From NCBI GenBank assembly GCA_963762145.1, contig CAVXJS010000021.1:448001-512000 (forward strand): a stretch of DNA of 64,000 nt, written 5' to 3'. A model generated the notes under the pieces. It made no database searches. It was not told where the DNA came from and saw only the letters and a list, made by a program, of their open reading frames with translations. Position numbers and translations under genes: made by a program. This document shows, in pieces, positions 18,697 to 27,923 of the stretch. The DNA comes from an uncultured Candidatus Rokubacteria bacterium. Lineage in GTDB: Bacteria > Methylomirabilota > Methylomirabilia > Rokubacteriales > CSP1-6. Positions within the stretch are counted from its first letter, which is position 1; each line of letters starts with the position of its first letter.

Positions 18697-19842
18697 ATGA
18701 ATGCGCTCTCGCTGCTCTTCCTCCTGGCCTTCCTGGTCTCGGTGGATCTGCGGATCATCGCGCCGGTGCTCCCGTCCATCAGCGAGTCGCTGCGGGCGAC
18801 GGCGGGCGCCATCGGGCTCGCGATGACGAGCTACTCCTTCGCCTACGGCGCGGGCCAGCTCGCCTATGGCGCGCTCTCGGATCGCCACGGCCGGGTAGCG
18901 GTGATCCGGGTGGCCGCGCTGGGCTTCAGCGTGTGCACTGCGCTCTCGGCCCTCTGCGCCACCACCTGGCAGTTCGTGGCGGTGCGCCTGCTCGCGGGCG
19001 CCTTCGCGGGCGCGGTGATCCCGCTCACCATCGTCCACATCGGCGACACCGTCGAGTACGCGCAGCGCCACGTGATGGTGGCCCGGTTCTCGATCGTGAC
19101 CTCGGCGGGGCTCGCCTTCTCCGCCGCCATCGGGGGCCTGGTCGCGCACTTCGTCTCGTGGCGCGCGATGCTGATCGGCTACGCGGTGATCGCGCTGGTG
19201 CCCTCGGCACTGCTCTGGCGCTTGCCGCCCGGCAAGGCGGCGCGCGCGCCGGGCGACGTGAAGCCGGTGGCGCGCTTCGCCGACTTCCTGATGGATCCGT
19301 TCGGCCGACTCGTCTACTTCTCGATCTTCGCGGTGGGCTTCCTCCTCTGGGGCGCCGTGGCGTACCTCGGCGCCTACGCCGCCGCCCAGTACCGGATCAG
19401 CCAGCTGGAAGTCGGCCTCCTCTTCGCGCTGTTCGGCGTGGGCACCATGGTGGGCGGCGCCCTGATGGGGCTGCTCCGCGGGCGGCTCTCGGAGCGGAGC
19501 CTGGCGGGCGGCGGCGGGCTCGTCATGGGCCTCGCGATGATGATGATCGTCCCGGGCGGCCCGTGGCCGATCTTCGCGCTGGCGATGCTGCTGCTCGGTC
19601 TGGGCAACGTCGGCCTGCACACCACGCTGCAGGTGTACGGCACCGAGATCAGCCAGGTCGCCCGCGGCAAGGCCTTCTCACTCTTTCCCGCAAGCCTCTT
19701 CGCGGGCATGGCGGTCGGCACCGCGGTGATGGGCTCGCTGGTGGACGCGGGGGGCGAGCGCATCGTGCTGGCGGTCTCCGGCGTGGGGCTCACCGGCGTC
19801 GGGGTCATCACCGCGGGGATCCGCCGCAGGAGGATCGCGTGA
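18697..19842 (+). CDS. MFS transporter
   Basis: About 12 TM segments; GALSDRHGR motif A. Confidence 0.9.
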   Translation: MNALSLLFLLAFLVSVDLRIIAPVLPSISESLRATAGAIGLAMTSYSFAYGAGQLAYGALSDRHGRVAVIRVAALGFSVCTALSALCATTWQFVAVRLLAGAFAGAVIPLTIVHIGDTVEYAQRHVMVARFSIVTSAGLAFSAAIGGLVAHFVSWRAMLIGYAVIALVPSALLWRLPPGKAARAPGDVKPVARFADFLMDPFGRLVYFSIFAVGFLLWGAVAYLGAYAAAQYRISQLEVGLLFALFGVGTMVGGALMGLLRGRLSERSLAGGGGLVMGLAMMMIVPGGPWPIFALAMLLLGLGNVGLHTTLQVYGTEISQVARGKAFSLFPASLFAGMAVGTAVMGSLVDAGGERIVLAVSGVGLTGVGVITAGIRRRRIA

Positions 19843-19856
19843 GCCTCGAAGCGCCA

Positions 19857-21371
19857 ATGAGCCTCGAATCGATGGTAGGCCGGCAGCTCATCGTCGGGCT
19901 GCCCGGCCCCGACGCCACCGACGACGACCTGCGCCTCCTGCGCGACATCCACGCGGGCGGGCTCATGCTCTACCGGCGCAACTTCGAGACGCCGGAGCGC
20001 TTCCTGCGCTTCATCGCGCGGCTCGAGGAGGGGCTCGGGCGCCGGCTCCTGATCACCACCGATCACGAGGGCGGACGCATCATCATGCTGAACAAGGGCG
20101 TCACCATCTTCCCAGACAACCTCACCGCGGGAACCGCGGACGACGAGAGGATGGTGACGCGCCAGGGGCTGATCGAGGGGCGCGAGCTGCGGCGCCTCGG
20201 CGTGGACGTCAACTTCGGCCCGTGCCTCGACGTGCTCACCGAGCGCTACAGCCCGAACATCGGCATCCGCTCCTACGGCAAGGACCCGGCGCTGGTCTCG
20301 CGGCTGGGCGCCGCGCGCATCCGTGGCATGCAGGCCGGCGGCGTCTCGGCCTGCGCCAAGCACTTCCCGGGCAAGGGGCACGCGCCGGTGGACGCGCACC
20401 TGGGCCTGCCGGTGATCGATTCCGACTGGGGCGACATGCACGCGACCCACCTGCCGCCGTTCATGGCCGCGATGGAGGCGGGCGTGGACTGCATCATGAC
20501 CTCGCACCCGCTCTACCCGAATCTCGATCCGGCGCCCGCGATGCCGGCCAGCTTCTCGAAGCTGATCGTGGAGGACTACCTGCGCGGCCAGGTGGGCTAC
20601 CGCGGCGTGATCGTGTCGGACGATCTCGAGATGGGCGCGATCGGCGCCCTGTGTCCGATCGGCGAGGCCACCGTGCGCACCGCCGCGGCCGGGCACGACC
20701 TGCTGCTGGTCTGCCACACCGCGCCGGCCCAGCGCGCGGCCTACGAGGCGGTGGTCGCGGCCTACCGCGACAAGACGCTCTCGATCCGCGAGCTCGAGAA
20801 GAGCATGGCGCGGCTCGACGTGCTCGACGCCAAGCGGCCCGAGCGCGTGACCGGCGGCGCGCCCCGCGCGGAGGCCGACGGCGAGCCGCTGGCCCGCGCG
20901 ATGGCCGCACGCGCGGTCACGGTCGTGGCGGCACCGGACGCCGGGTGGCGGCCCGCGCTCAACGGGAAGGTCCTCGCGATCTTCCCGCGGCTCTCATCCC
21001 TGGCCGACCGCATCACGATCGAGCCGGTCATGCAGGACGAGCCGCGCTACCTGCGCGAGGCGATGGCGCCACACGGCGTGCAGCCCGAGCCGCTGGTGGT
21101 GGGCGTGGAGCCGACCGCGGAGGAGATCGAGCGCGCGCGGAGCGCGGCGGCCGCCGCGGACGCCACCGTGCTGTTCCTCTACGACGCGCACCTCTACAAG
21201 TCGAACAAGGTGCTGCTGGAGGCGGTGCAGGCGGGCGCGAAGAAGCTGGGCGTGGTGCTGATGCGCGATCCGTGGGACGCGGAGTTCCTCGCCCCGGGGG
21301 TGGCCGCGCTCACCGCCTACGGATGGCGCCGGAGCCAGCTCGACGCGGTGATGGCGCGCCTGCTGACGTAG
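19857..21371 (+). CDS. nagZ: Beta-N-acetylhexosaminidase, GH3
   Basis: DHEGG, IGIRSYG, KHFPGKGHAPVDAH and SDDLEMGA. Confidence 0.88.
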   Translation: MSLESMVGRQLIVGLPGPDATDDDLRLLRDIHAGGLMLYRRNFETPERFLRFIARLEEGLGRRLLITTDHEGGRIIMLNKGVTIFPDNLTAGTADDERMVTRQGLIEGRELRRLGVDVNFGPCLDVLTERYSPNIGIRSYGKDPALVSRLGAARIRGMQAGGVSACAKHFPGKGHAPVDAHLGLPVIDSDWGDMHATHLPPFMAAMEAGVDCIMTSHPLYPNLDPAPAMPASFSKLIVEDYLRGQVGYRGVIVSDDLEMGAIGALCPIGEATVRTAAAGHDLLLVCHTAPAQRAAYEAVVAAYRDKTLSIRELEKSMARLDVLDAKRPERVTGGAPRAEADGEPLARAMAARAVTVVAAPDAGWRPALNGKVLAIFPRLSSLADRITIEPVMQDEPRYLREAMAPHGVQPEPLVVGVEPTAEEIERARSAAAAADATVLFLYDAHLYKSNKVLLEAVQAGAKKLGVVLMRDPWDAEFLAPGVAALTAYGWRRSQLDAVMARLLT

Positions 21372-21375
21372 CCGC

Positions 21376-22419
21376 TCAGCCTCCCCTCGCCCCCGAGGAG
21401 AGAGAGACCGGTCGAGCAGACCTCGGGGCGTACGGGGCGACGAGCGCTCGAATCTCCGGTGAGAGAGGATCGACGAAGCGCAGCCGTCGCGAGATGGGAT
21501 GGCTCGGCAGATGCTCGAGGAGCATTCGGGCGCGAACGTATGTCTCCGAGCCTGCGGCATCGCTCCTGATCGCAAACGCGGCATAGCGCGCCGGCCCCTC
21601 GTCGGCGGCCCGAGCGACAAGATCCCAGAATGCGCCGGGACTCGGCCACGCCTTCCATGGGTTGAGAGGGAGAGGCTGACGCGGCAACCTCAGGATGTTC
21701 TTGGCGATCCGCTTGTGCCATGGATTCCGGGCGCGGTCGTAGTCGTAGGACGTGAGCGGCACCATCAGCATCGGGCGCGCGTCGGTCGCGGAGGTCGCCG
21801 GTGAGCCCAGGTCCGCGCGTGATGGATAGTAGGGGCGGCGCGGATACTGCCGGAAATCCGGCGATGGCGCCGTCGTGTAGGCGCCGAACGTCACGCCGTC
21901 ATGGAGCGCTTCCAGGCCCGGCTCCGCCGTGACGTCGACCTCGATCCCGAGGGCGACGGCGCGATCCACGATGGCATCGGTCACGAAGTATCCGCCCTGA
22001 CTCGCTCGACGCGGCGGCTCTCCGAAGCATCGCTCGAACGTGCGCGCGGCCGAGTCGAGGCAGTGCGTCGTCCAGCGCGTGTCCGCATGATCGGAGTATG
22101 AGACCTTCCGCTGCTCGTCCCAGCGATAGTAGTGAACGTGAATCCCGAACGGATCACCCCGTGCGCGCAGCTGATCGATCTGGGCGCGGTAGTGATCGAC
22201 CACGAAATCGGCCCGCCCGTAGCAGCGCTCGATGTCCGGATCCAGTCGCAGAAACCAGGTGGGATGCACGGCCGTGCCGGAACGGTCGGCCAGTGGCCGG
22301 CGCAGTCGCTCCACGAAATCCGCCGCCGCAACAAAGCCGCTCCAGGCTGGGAGTCCGGGCCCGGGCTGAAAGTCATCCGGCTCGATATCGATGCGCCAGA
22401 CCGCGGGAATCGGCTTCAT
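21376..22419 (-). CDS. Hypothetical protein, polysaccharide deacetylase-like fold
   Basis: RIDIEPD, PTWFLR, GIHVH and PRRPYYPS; visibly less GC-biased codon usage; start uncertain. Confidence 0.55.
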   Translation of the reverse strand: MKPIPAVWRIDIEPDDFQPGPGLPAWSGFVAAADFVERLRRPLADRSGTAVHPTWFLRLDPDIERCYGRADFVVDHYRAQIDQLRARGDPFGIHVHYYRWDEQRKVSYSDHADTRWTTHCLDSAARTFERCFGEPPRRASQGGYFVTDAIVDRAVALGIEVDVTAEPGLEALHDGVTFGAYTTAPSPDFRQYPRRPYYPSRADLGSPATSATDARPMLMVPLTSYDYDRARNPWHKRIAKNILRLPRQPLPLNPWKAWPSPGAFWDLVARAADEGPARYAAFAIRSDAAGSETYVRARMLLEHLPSHPISRRLRFVDPLSPEIRALVAPYAPRSARPVSLSSGARGG

Positions 22420-22503
22420 GTCGTCGGGCGCCGCGTGGGTGCGCGGTACCCGGCGGAGCCTAGCCACGCACCGCCAGCGTCGAGCATGGTGGCTGGGCAC
22501 AGA

Positions 22504-22518
22504 GCAGGCTTCGTGCCA
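22504..22518 (-). promoter_or_regulatory. Putative sigma54 promoter
   Basis: Minus strand TGGCAC-GAAGC-CTGC. Confidence 0.55.
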
Positions 22519-22700
22519 GGTACAAACTCCTCTGATCGCCGGAACTTAGCAAACGCGCCTGTCACTCCGATGGGTAGAGGCTTACCCACCCTGGGTGTCG
22601 CGATACTTGATCCCGGGGCCCCGCTCGAGCAAGGGATAGCCCTGGGCAGGAGGCCGGCGGCTCGCCCTCTCCCCCTGGCGCGAGGCCCGGGGGCGCGGTC

Positions 22701-23120
22701 CTACTTGGCGATGATCATGTACGTGGCGCGGCCGACCGCCACGAGCTTGCCCGCCGCATCGGTGATCGTGGCCTCGCCGAATGCGATCGTGCGGCCACGC
22801 CGCAGGATGCGGCCTTCCGCGAAGACGTCGCCGGTGCTGGCCCCGATGAAGCTCACGTTCATGTCGAGCGTGGCCTGGCCCACCCCGCCCGCGGAAGCCT
22901 CGTGCATCGTCGCGAGCGCACCGCCTACCGCCATGTCGGTCAGCGCGGCGTAAACGCCGCCGTGCACCGGCGCGCTCGCTGCGTTGCGCAGCTCGTCGCG
23001 CACCGGCACGCGCAGGCGTACCTTGCCTTCGCTCGCTTCGATCACCTCCACGCCCAGATAACGCCAGAAGGAATTGTCGCGCGCGCGGGCGCGCACCCGC
23101 TCCAGCAGATCGTCACTCAT
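22701..23120 (-). CDS. PaaI family thioesterase
   Basis: N...VHGGVYAALTDMAVG, TLDMNVSFI and GRTIAFGEA. Confidence 0.9.
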   Translation of the reverse strand: MSDDLLERVRARARDNSFWRYLGVEVIEASEGKVRLRVPVRDELRNAASAPVHGGVYAALTDMAVGGALATMHEASAGGVGQATLDMNVSFIGASTGDVFAEGRILRRGRTIAFGEATITDAAGKLVAVGRATYMIIAK

Positions 23121-24121
23121 GGTCTCCCACGGGGCATGTCGGGTTGAACCGCCTCCTCCAGGGTCAGCCGCGGACGGCCCGTGAACACCTCGCGGCGGAT
23201 CGGGCAGTCGTCGAGGTCGCACATCCGGCAGTAGATGCGGTGGCAGGGATCGGTGTGCAGCGTCATCTCGCCCTCCACCCCGAGGTCCTTCATCACGCGC
23301 TCGGCCAAGTCCTCGGACAGCTCGTGCGAGCGCTCCACCGACCAGAACTCGGGGACGACCAGGTGGGCGTCCACGTGGTGGAAGCGCCCCGCGCGGATCG
23401 CGCGCAGGTGGTGGACGCGGATCACGCCCTGGCCGAGGTGGGGCTGCAGCACGCTCAGGAGGCGATCCAGCAGGGCCGGGTCCTCCTCGTCGAGGAGTCC
23501 CGCGGCGGCCGCGCGGATCAGGCGCACCCCGGTCCACATGAGGTTGAGCGCCACCACCGCCGCCACCACCGGGTCGAGCAGCGCGATCCCGGTGATCCGG
23601 ACCAGCAGCAGGCCGACCACGATGCCCGCGCTGGTGTAGAAGTCGGCCAGCACGTGGCGGCCGTCCGCGATGAGCGTGAGGGACTCGTACCGGCGGCCGG
23701 TGCGGACGAGGTAGTAGCCGAGCGCCAGGTTGACCAGCCCCGCCCCCAGCACGATGGCCAGACCCAGGTCGAGCGACCGCAGCTCCACGCCGTGGGTCAG
23801 GCTCTGGACGACCTCGTAGAGAATCACGAGCGCGGCGAAGGCGATGAGGCCGCCCTCGAACGCCGCGCTCAGGAACTCCATCTTGCCGTGGCCGTAGGGG
23901 TGGTTGCGGTCGGCGGGCCGGCCCGCGAAGATCAGCGCCCCGATCGCGAACACCGCGGCCACCACGTTGACGATGGACTCCAGCGCGTCGGACAGGATCG
24001 CGGTGGAGCCGGTGATGCGATAGGCGTGGTACTTGGCGCCCAGCAGCAGCACCGAGACCGCCAGCGAGACGGCGACCGCGCGCAGCCGCGCCCGTCCCTC
24101 TGCGTCCGTCTCGTTCGTCAT
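23117..24121 (-). CDS. Cation diffusion facilitator transporter (FieF-like)
   Basis: SDALESIVN, HPYGHGKMEF, ADGRHVLAD and a Cys-rich tail CHRIYCRMCDLDDC. Confidence 0.92.
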   Translation of the reverse strand: MTNETDAEGRARLRAVAVSLAVSVLLLGAKYHAYRITGSTAILSDALESIVNVVAAVFAIGALIFAGRPADRNHPYGHGKMEFLSAAFEGGLIAFAALVILYEVVQSLTHGVELRSLDLGLAIVLGAGLVNLALGYYLVRTGRRYESLTLIADGRHVLADFYTSAGIVVGLLLVRITGIALLDPVVAAVVALNLMWTGVRLIRAAAAGLLDEEDPALLDRLLSVLQPHLGQGVIRVHHLRAIRAGRFHHVDAHLVVPEFWSVERSHELSEDLAERVMKDLGVEGEMTLHTDPCHRIYCRMCDLDDCPIRREVFTGRPRLTLEEAVQPDMPRGRP

Positions 24122-24126
24122 GGCAA

Positions 24127-24170
24127 GATGATACCCGGCGACGGGCGCGCTTGCCGCGTCGGGTATCATC
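24127..24170. promoter_or_regulatory. Symmetric divergent promoter / 11-bp inverted repeat
   Basis: GATGATACCCG (24127-24137) and CGGGTATCATC (24160-24170); each arm contains a TATCAT -10 box facing outward. Confidence 0.6.
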
Positions 24171-24207
24171 CAGATGTAAGGCAACCCTCACCCAAAGGAG
24201 CCGCGTG

Positions 24208-24906
24208 ATGATCGTCACCCGTCCCGCCGCCGAGCGCGGCCACTTCGACCACGGCTGGCTGGACACCTCGCACACCTTCTCGTTCGCGAGCTATCACGAT
24301 CCCAAGCACATGGGCTTCCGGAGCCTGCGGGTGATCAACGAGGATCGCGTGGCGGGCGGGCGCGGATTCGGCGCGCACTCGCACAACGACATGGAGATCG
24401 TGACCTACGTGCTGGAGGGCGCGCTCGAGCACGCCGACAGCATGGGCAACCGCTCGGTCATCGTGCCGGGCGACGTCCAGCGCATGAGCGCGGGCACCGG
24501 GGTGACGCACAGCGAGGCCAATCCGAAGCCGGACCAGCCCGTGCACTTCCTCCAGATCTGGATCCTGCCGGACCGCCGCGGTCTCGCTCCCGGCTACGAG
24601 CAGAAGGCGATCCCGCCGCAGGAGGAGCGGGGGGCGCTCCGGCTCATCGCCTCGCGCGACGGCCGCGACGGCGGGGTGACGATCCACCAGGACGTGGATC
24701 TCTACGTCTCGCGCCTCGAGCCCGGCGAGCGGGTCAAGCACGCGCTGGCCAATGGGCGGCACGCGTGGCTGCAGATGGTGACCGGCCGGGTCGAGCTGAA
24801 CGGGACCGCGCTCGGCGCGGGCGACGGCGCGGCGGTGAGCCGGGAGCAGGCGCTCGAGATCTCAGCCCTCGAGCCCGCCCACTTCCTCCTCTTCGACCTC
24901 GCCTAG
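24208..24906 (+). CDS. Pirin family protein (YhhW-like)
   Basis: HGWLDTSHTFSFA, HSHNDMEIVTYVL and MSAGTGVTHSE; SD AAGGAG. Confidence 0.93.
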   Translation: MIVTRPAAERGHFDHGWLDTSHTFSFASYHDPKHMGFRSLRVINEDRVAGGRGFGAHSHNDMEIVTYVLEGALEHADSMGNRSVIVPGDVQRMSAGTGVTHSEANPKPDQPVHFLQIWILPDRRGLAPGYEQKAIPPQEERGALRLIASRDGRDGGVTIHQDVDLYVSRLEPGERVKHALANGRHAWLQMVTGRVELNGTALGAGDGAAVSREQALEISALEPAHFLLFDLA

Positions 24907-25973
24907 GTCGTCTGCCCGAGCTGCTGCCCGACGAACTGCTTGGCGTCGAACTCCTCCGCCACGCGGTTGTCGTTCTCGAGGATCGCGGCCGCGTCGGTGT
25001 CCGCGAACTCCATCACGCCCATGTCCTCGTAGGCCCGCCGCACCCGGTTGCCCCAGAGCCCGATGTCCTTCACGGTGGGGACGATCCGGGTGAACAGACG
25101 CCGGCGGAACTGCTTCATGGTGTCCGACTGATCCACCGCCGCGACGCACTCCTTGACCGGCAGGCCCAGATTCTCCCAGACCTCCTTCTGATTGAACCGG
25201 TCGCGCATGTGGTAGCAGGCCTCGACCACGAACTCCTCGCGCTCGTCGCGCTCCGCGTCGGTGAGCTGCGGGTAGTAGTCGCGCAGGGCCAGGCGGCCGA
25301 AGGCCACGTGCCGCGCCTCGTCCTGCATGACGTAGGCGTTCACCGCCGCGCACAGCGGATTGGTCGAGTTGTCGCGGATGCGCTGGAAGGCGGCGAGCGC
25401 GAGCCCCTCGATCAGGATCTGCATGCCGAGATAGGTCATGTCCCAGCGCCGGTCGGTGATGGTGGCCTCGAGCAGCTTGGCCAGCGTGGGGGTGATCGGG
25501 TACGCGAGCTTGAACTTCTCGTGGAGCAGGCGAGAGTAGGCCTCCACGTGGCGCGCCTCGTCCATCACCTGGGTCGCGGCGTAGAACTTGGACTCGTAGG
25601 TGGGCACGGTCTGCACGATCTTGGCGGTGGCGATGAGCGCGCCCTGCTCGCCGTGCATGAACTGCGAGAGCGAGTGGGCCTGCAGGTTGCGCCGGATGTA
25701 CACCCGGTCCTTCTCGCCGAGGCTGTTCCAGAGATCGGTCCCGTGGATCGCGATGGTCCGGTCCGACATCCCCATCGGGTTGTCCGGGTCCACCTCCTGC
25801 GTCCAGTCGAGTCGGTCCGCGGCGTCCCACTGCTGCTTCTTGCCCTTGCCGTACAGGCGCAGCAGGTCCTCGCTGCCGTCCTCGTACTCCCAGGTGAACG
25901 CGGTCGTGGTCTGACCTTCGACCTTCCACTGGGTCTGCTCGACGGGTAACCGGTACAGGAACGTGCTGGACAT
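24903..25973 (-). CDS. Ferritin-like diiron protein (AurF-like oxygenase family)
   Basis: HGEQGAL, DEARH, EGLAL and a second DEARH diiron ligand set. Confidence 0.8.
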   Translation of the reverse strand: MSSTFLYRLPVEQTQWKVEGQTTTAFTWEYEDGSEDLLRLYGKGKKQQWDAADRLDWTQEVDPDNPMGMSDRTIAIHGTDLWNSLGEKDRVYIRRNLQAHSLSQFMHGEQGALIATAKIVQTVPTYESKFYAATQVMDEARHVEAYSRLLHEKFKLAYPITPTLAKLLEATITDRRWDMTYLGMQILIEGLALAAFQRIRDNSTNPLCAAVNAYVMQDEARHVAFGRLALRDYYPQLTDAERDEREEFVVEACYHMRDRFNQKEVWENLGLPVKECVAAVDQSDTMKQFRRRLFTRIVPTVKDIGLWGNRVRRAYEDMGVMEFADTDAAAILENDNRVAEEFDAKQFVGQQLGQTT

Positions 25974-26038
25974 GGCATCCTCCGCTACGAGGAAAAAGGA
26001 GTGAGTTCAGTGGCGGCAGGATAGCACTGAACGGCCGT

Positions 26039-27783
26039 TCAGGGAACCCCGGCCCGGCCCCGCATGTCCACCGGGATCCCCTCCGCCACCCGGGCCGCGC
26101 GCTCGTGGCGGGCCACCTCGACGCGCACCGCGGCGGGGGTGCGGAAGCAGAGGCCGACGGCGACCACCACCACCGCGCCGATCATGGCCCACCACGTGAA
26201 CGCCACCTCGGGAATCCACGCCGGCTGCGCAAAGGTCGGCGCGAGGCCGAACCAGGGCGCCGCCCCGTTCAGGATCGTGATGTGGAGCTTGCCGGCCACC
26301 ACCGTCGCGATCAGCCCCGCGGTGATCGCGAGCAGGTTGCCCCGGTCGGAGCCGCGGCCAGCGGTGAACATCCCGATCAGGAACACGCCGAGCATCGGGC
26401 CGAGGATGAAGCCGGCGATGCCGAGCACCACCGGGATGATCCGCACGTCCGGGGTGGTGACCTTCGCGTAGGCGAAGGCGCCGGCGATCACGACCATCAG
26501 CACCGCGAAGAGGGCGGTGAACCCGCGCGCCACCCGCACGTGGTGGGTCTGGGAACGGCCGCGCACAGTGGATGTACCAGTCGTTGGTCGCGCTGGTCGC
26601 CAGCGCGTTGAGCGCGGCCGAGAGCGATCCCATCGCCGTCGCGAACACCCCCGCGAGCACGAAGCCGCGGATGCCGACCGGCATGACGTTGAGGATGTAG
26701 GAGCCGAAGACGTCGGCGTTGGCCCCCGGCCGGAACGTCGGGTCCTGCTGGTAGTACACGAAGAGCAGGATGCCGATGAACGTGAAGGCGGCCGCGATCG
26801 GCAGGTCCATGAAGGCGGCGGTGATCAGGCTGCGGCGCGCCTTCTTGTAGGTCTCGGCCGTCAGCATCCGCTGGACCATGTCCTGGTCGGTGCCGAAGGC
26901 GGCCATGTTGCCGAGCGTGGCGCCGATCACCGCGGAGAAGAGCGTGTAGGCGCTGGCGAGGACCAGCTTGACGTAGTCCCAGACCCCCATCGCGGAGAGG
27001 CCGTGCGCGGTCTTCCACGCCGCGACGCGGGCGGCCTCGAAGCCGTGCAGGAAGTAGCCCTCGTGGCTCGTGATCTGCGGCACCACCCGGACGACCGCGG
27101 AGAATGCCGCCGACGTGGAAGAGCAGCGTGGCGATCGCGACCAGCGCGCTGCCGAACATCAGGCAGGCCTGGATGACGTCGGTCCAGATGACCGCCTTGA
27201 TCCCGCCCACCGCGGTGTAGAGGCAGGTCAGCACCGTGAGGATGACGATCGCGACCAGGTAGGGGCCGACGGTGGTGACCGGCTCCTGCGCGGTCTCGGC
27301 CCGGGCGCCCGAGACGAACAGGCGCCACGCCAGCACCATCACGAGCGACGGGACGAACAGCCGCGTGCCCGAGGCGAGCGTGCGCATGAAGAGGAACAGG
27401 CCGGAGACGTAGTTCTTGCTCCACGGCCCGAAGCGGATGCCGAGGTAGTCGTAGACCGTGTAGACCTTGTAGTTGTAGTACGGCTTGAGGAAGACGTAGC
27501 CGACCAGCACGCGCCCGAGGATCAGCCCGATGATGATCTGCACGTACGCGAAGCTTCGCGTGGTGTAGCCCTCGCCGGGCACGCCCAGGAACGTCGCCGC
27601 GCTCGTCTCCGCCGCGATGATCGACGCCATCACCGCCCACCACGGCACGCGGCGGCCCGCGAGGGCGAAATCGTGCAGGCTCCGGTCGCGCCGGCCCATG
27701 TACAGGCCGATGGCGATGATGCCGGCGAAGTAGGTGACGATGATGGCGCCGTCGATCAGCAGCTCGGCCGCGGGGGAGAGCAC
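26039..27783 (-). CDS. Sodium:solute symporter (frameshifts near 27100 and 26567)
   Basis: SIIAAETSAATFLGVP, GGIKAVIWTDVIQ, GTDQDMVQRMLT and AMGSLSAALNALA. Confidence 0.88.
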
Positions 27784-27923
27784 GCTCCATTATCGCGGAG
27801 GCGGGCCCCGGAGGCGCCAATCTACGCGCGCACGCCGCGGCGGTCGCGGCGCTGGTCCCATCTCGTCGTTGGTCCCCATCTCGGGGTTAGTTTATGATCG
27901 GCGGCGGGAGCGGGGTGGCGAAC

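Noticed and set aside
27853-27883. Imperfect direct repeat TGGTCCC(C)ATCTCG upstream of the CHAT operon
   Set aside because: Only two imperfect copies; could be a local duplication or an error, so it is insufficient to call an operator.
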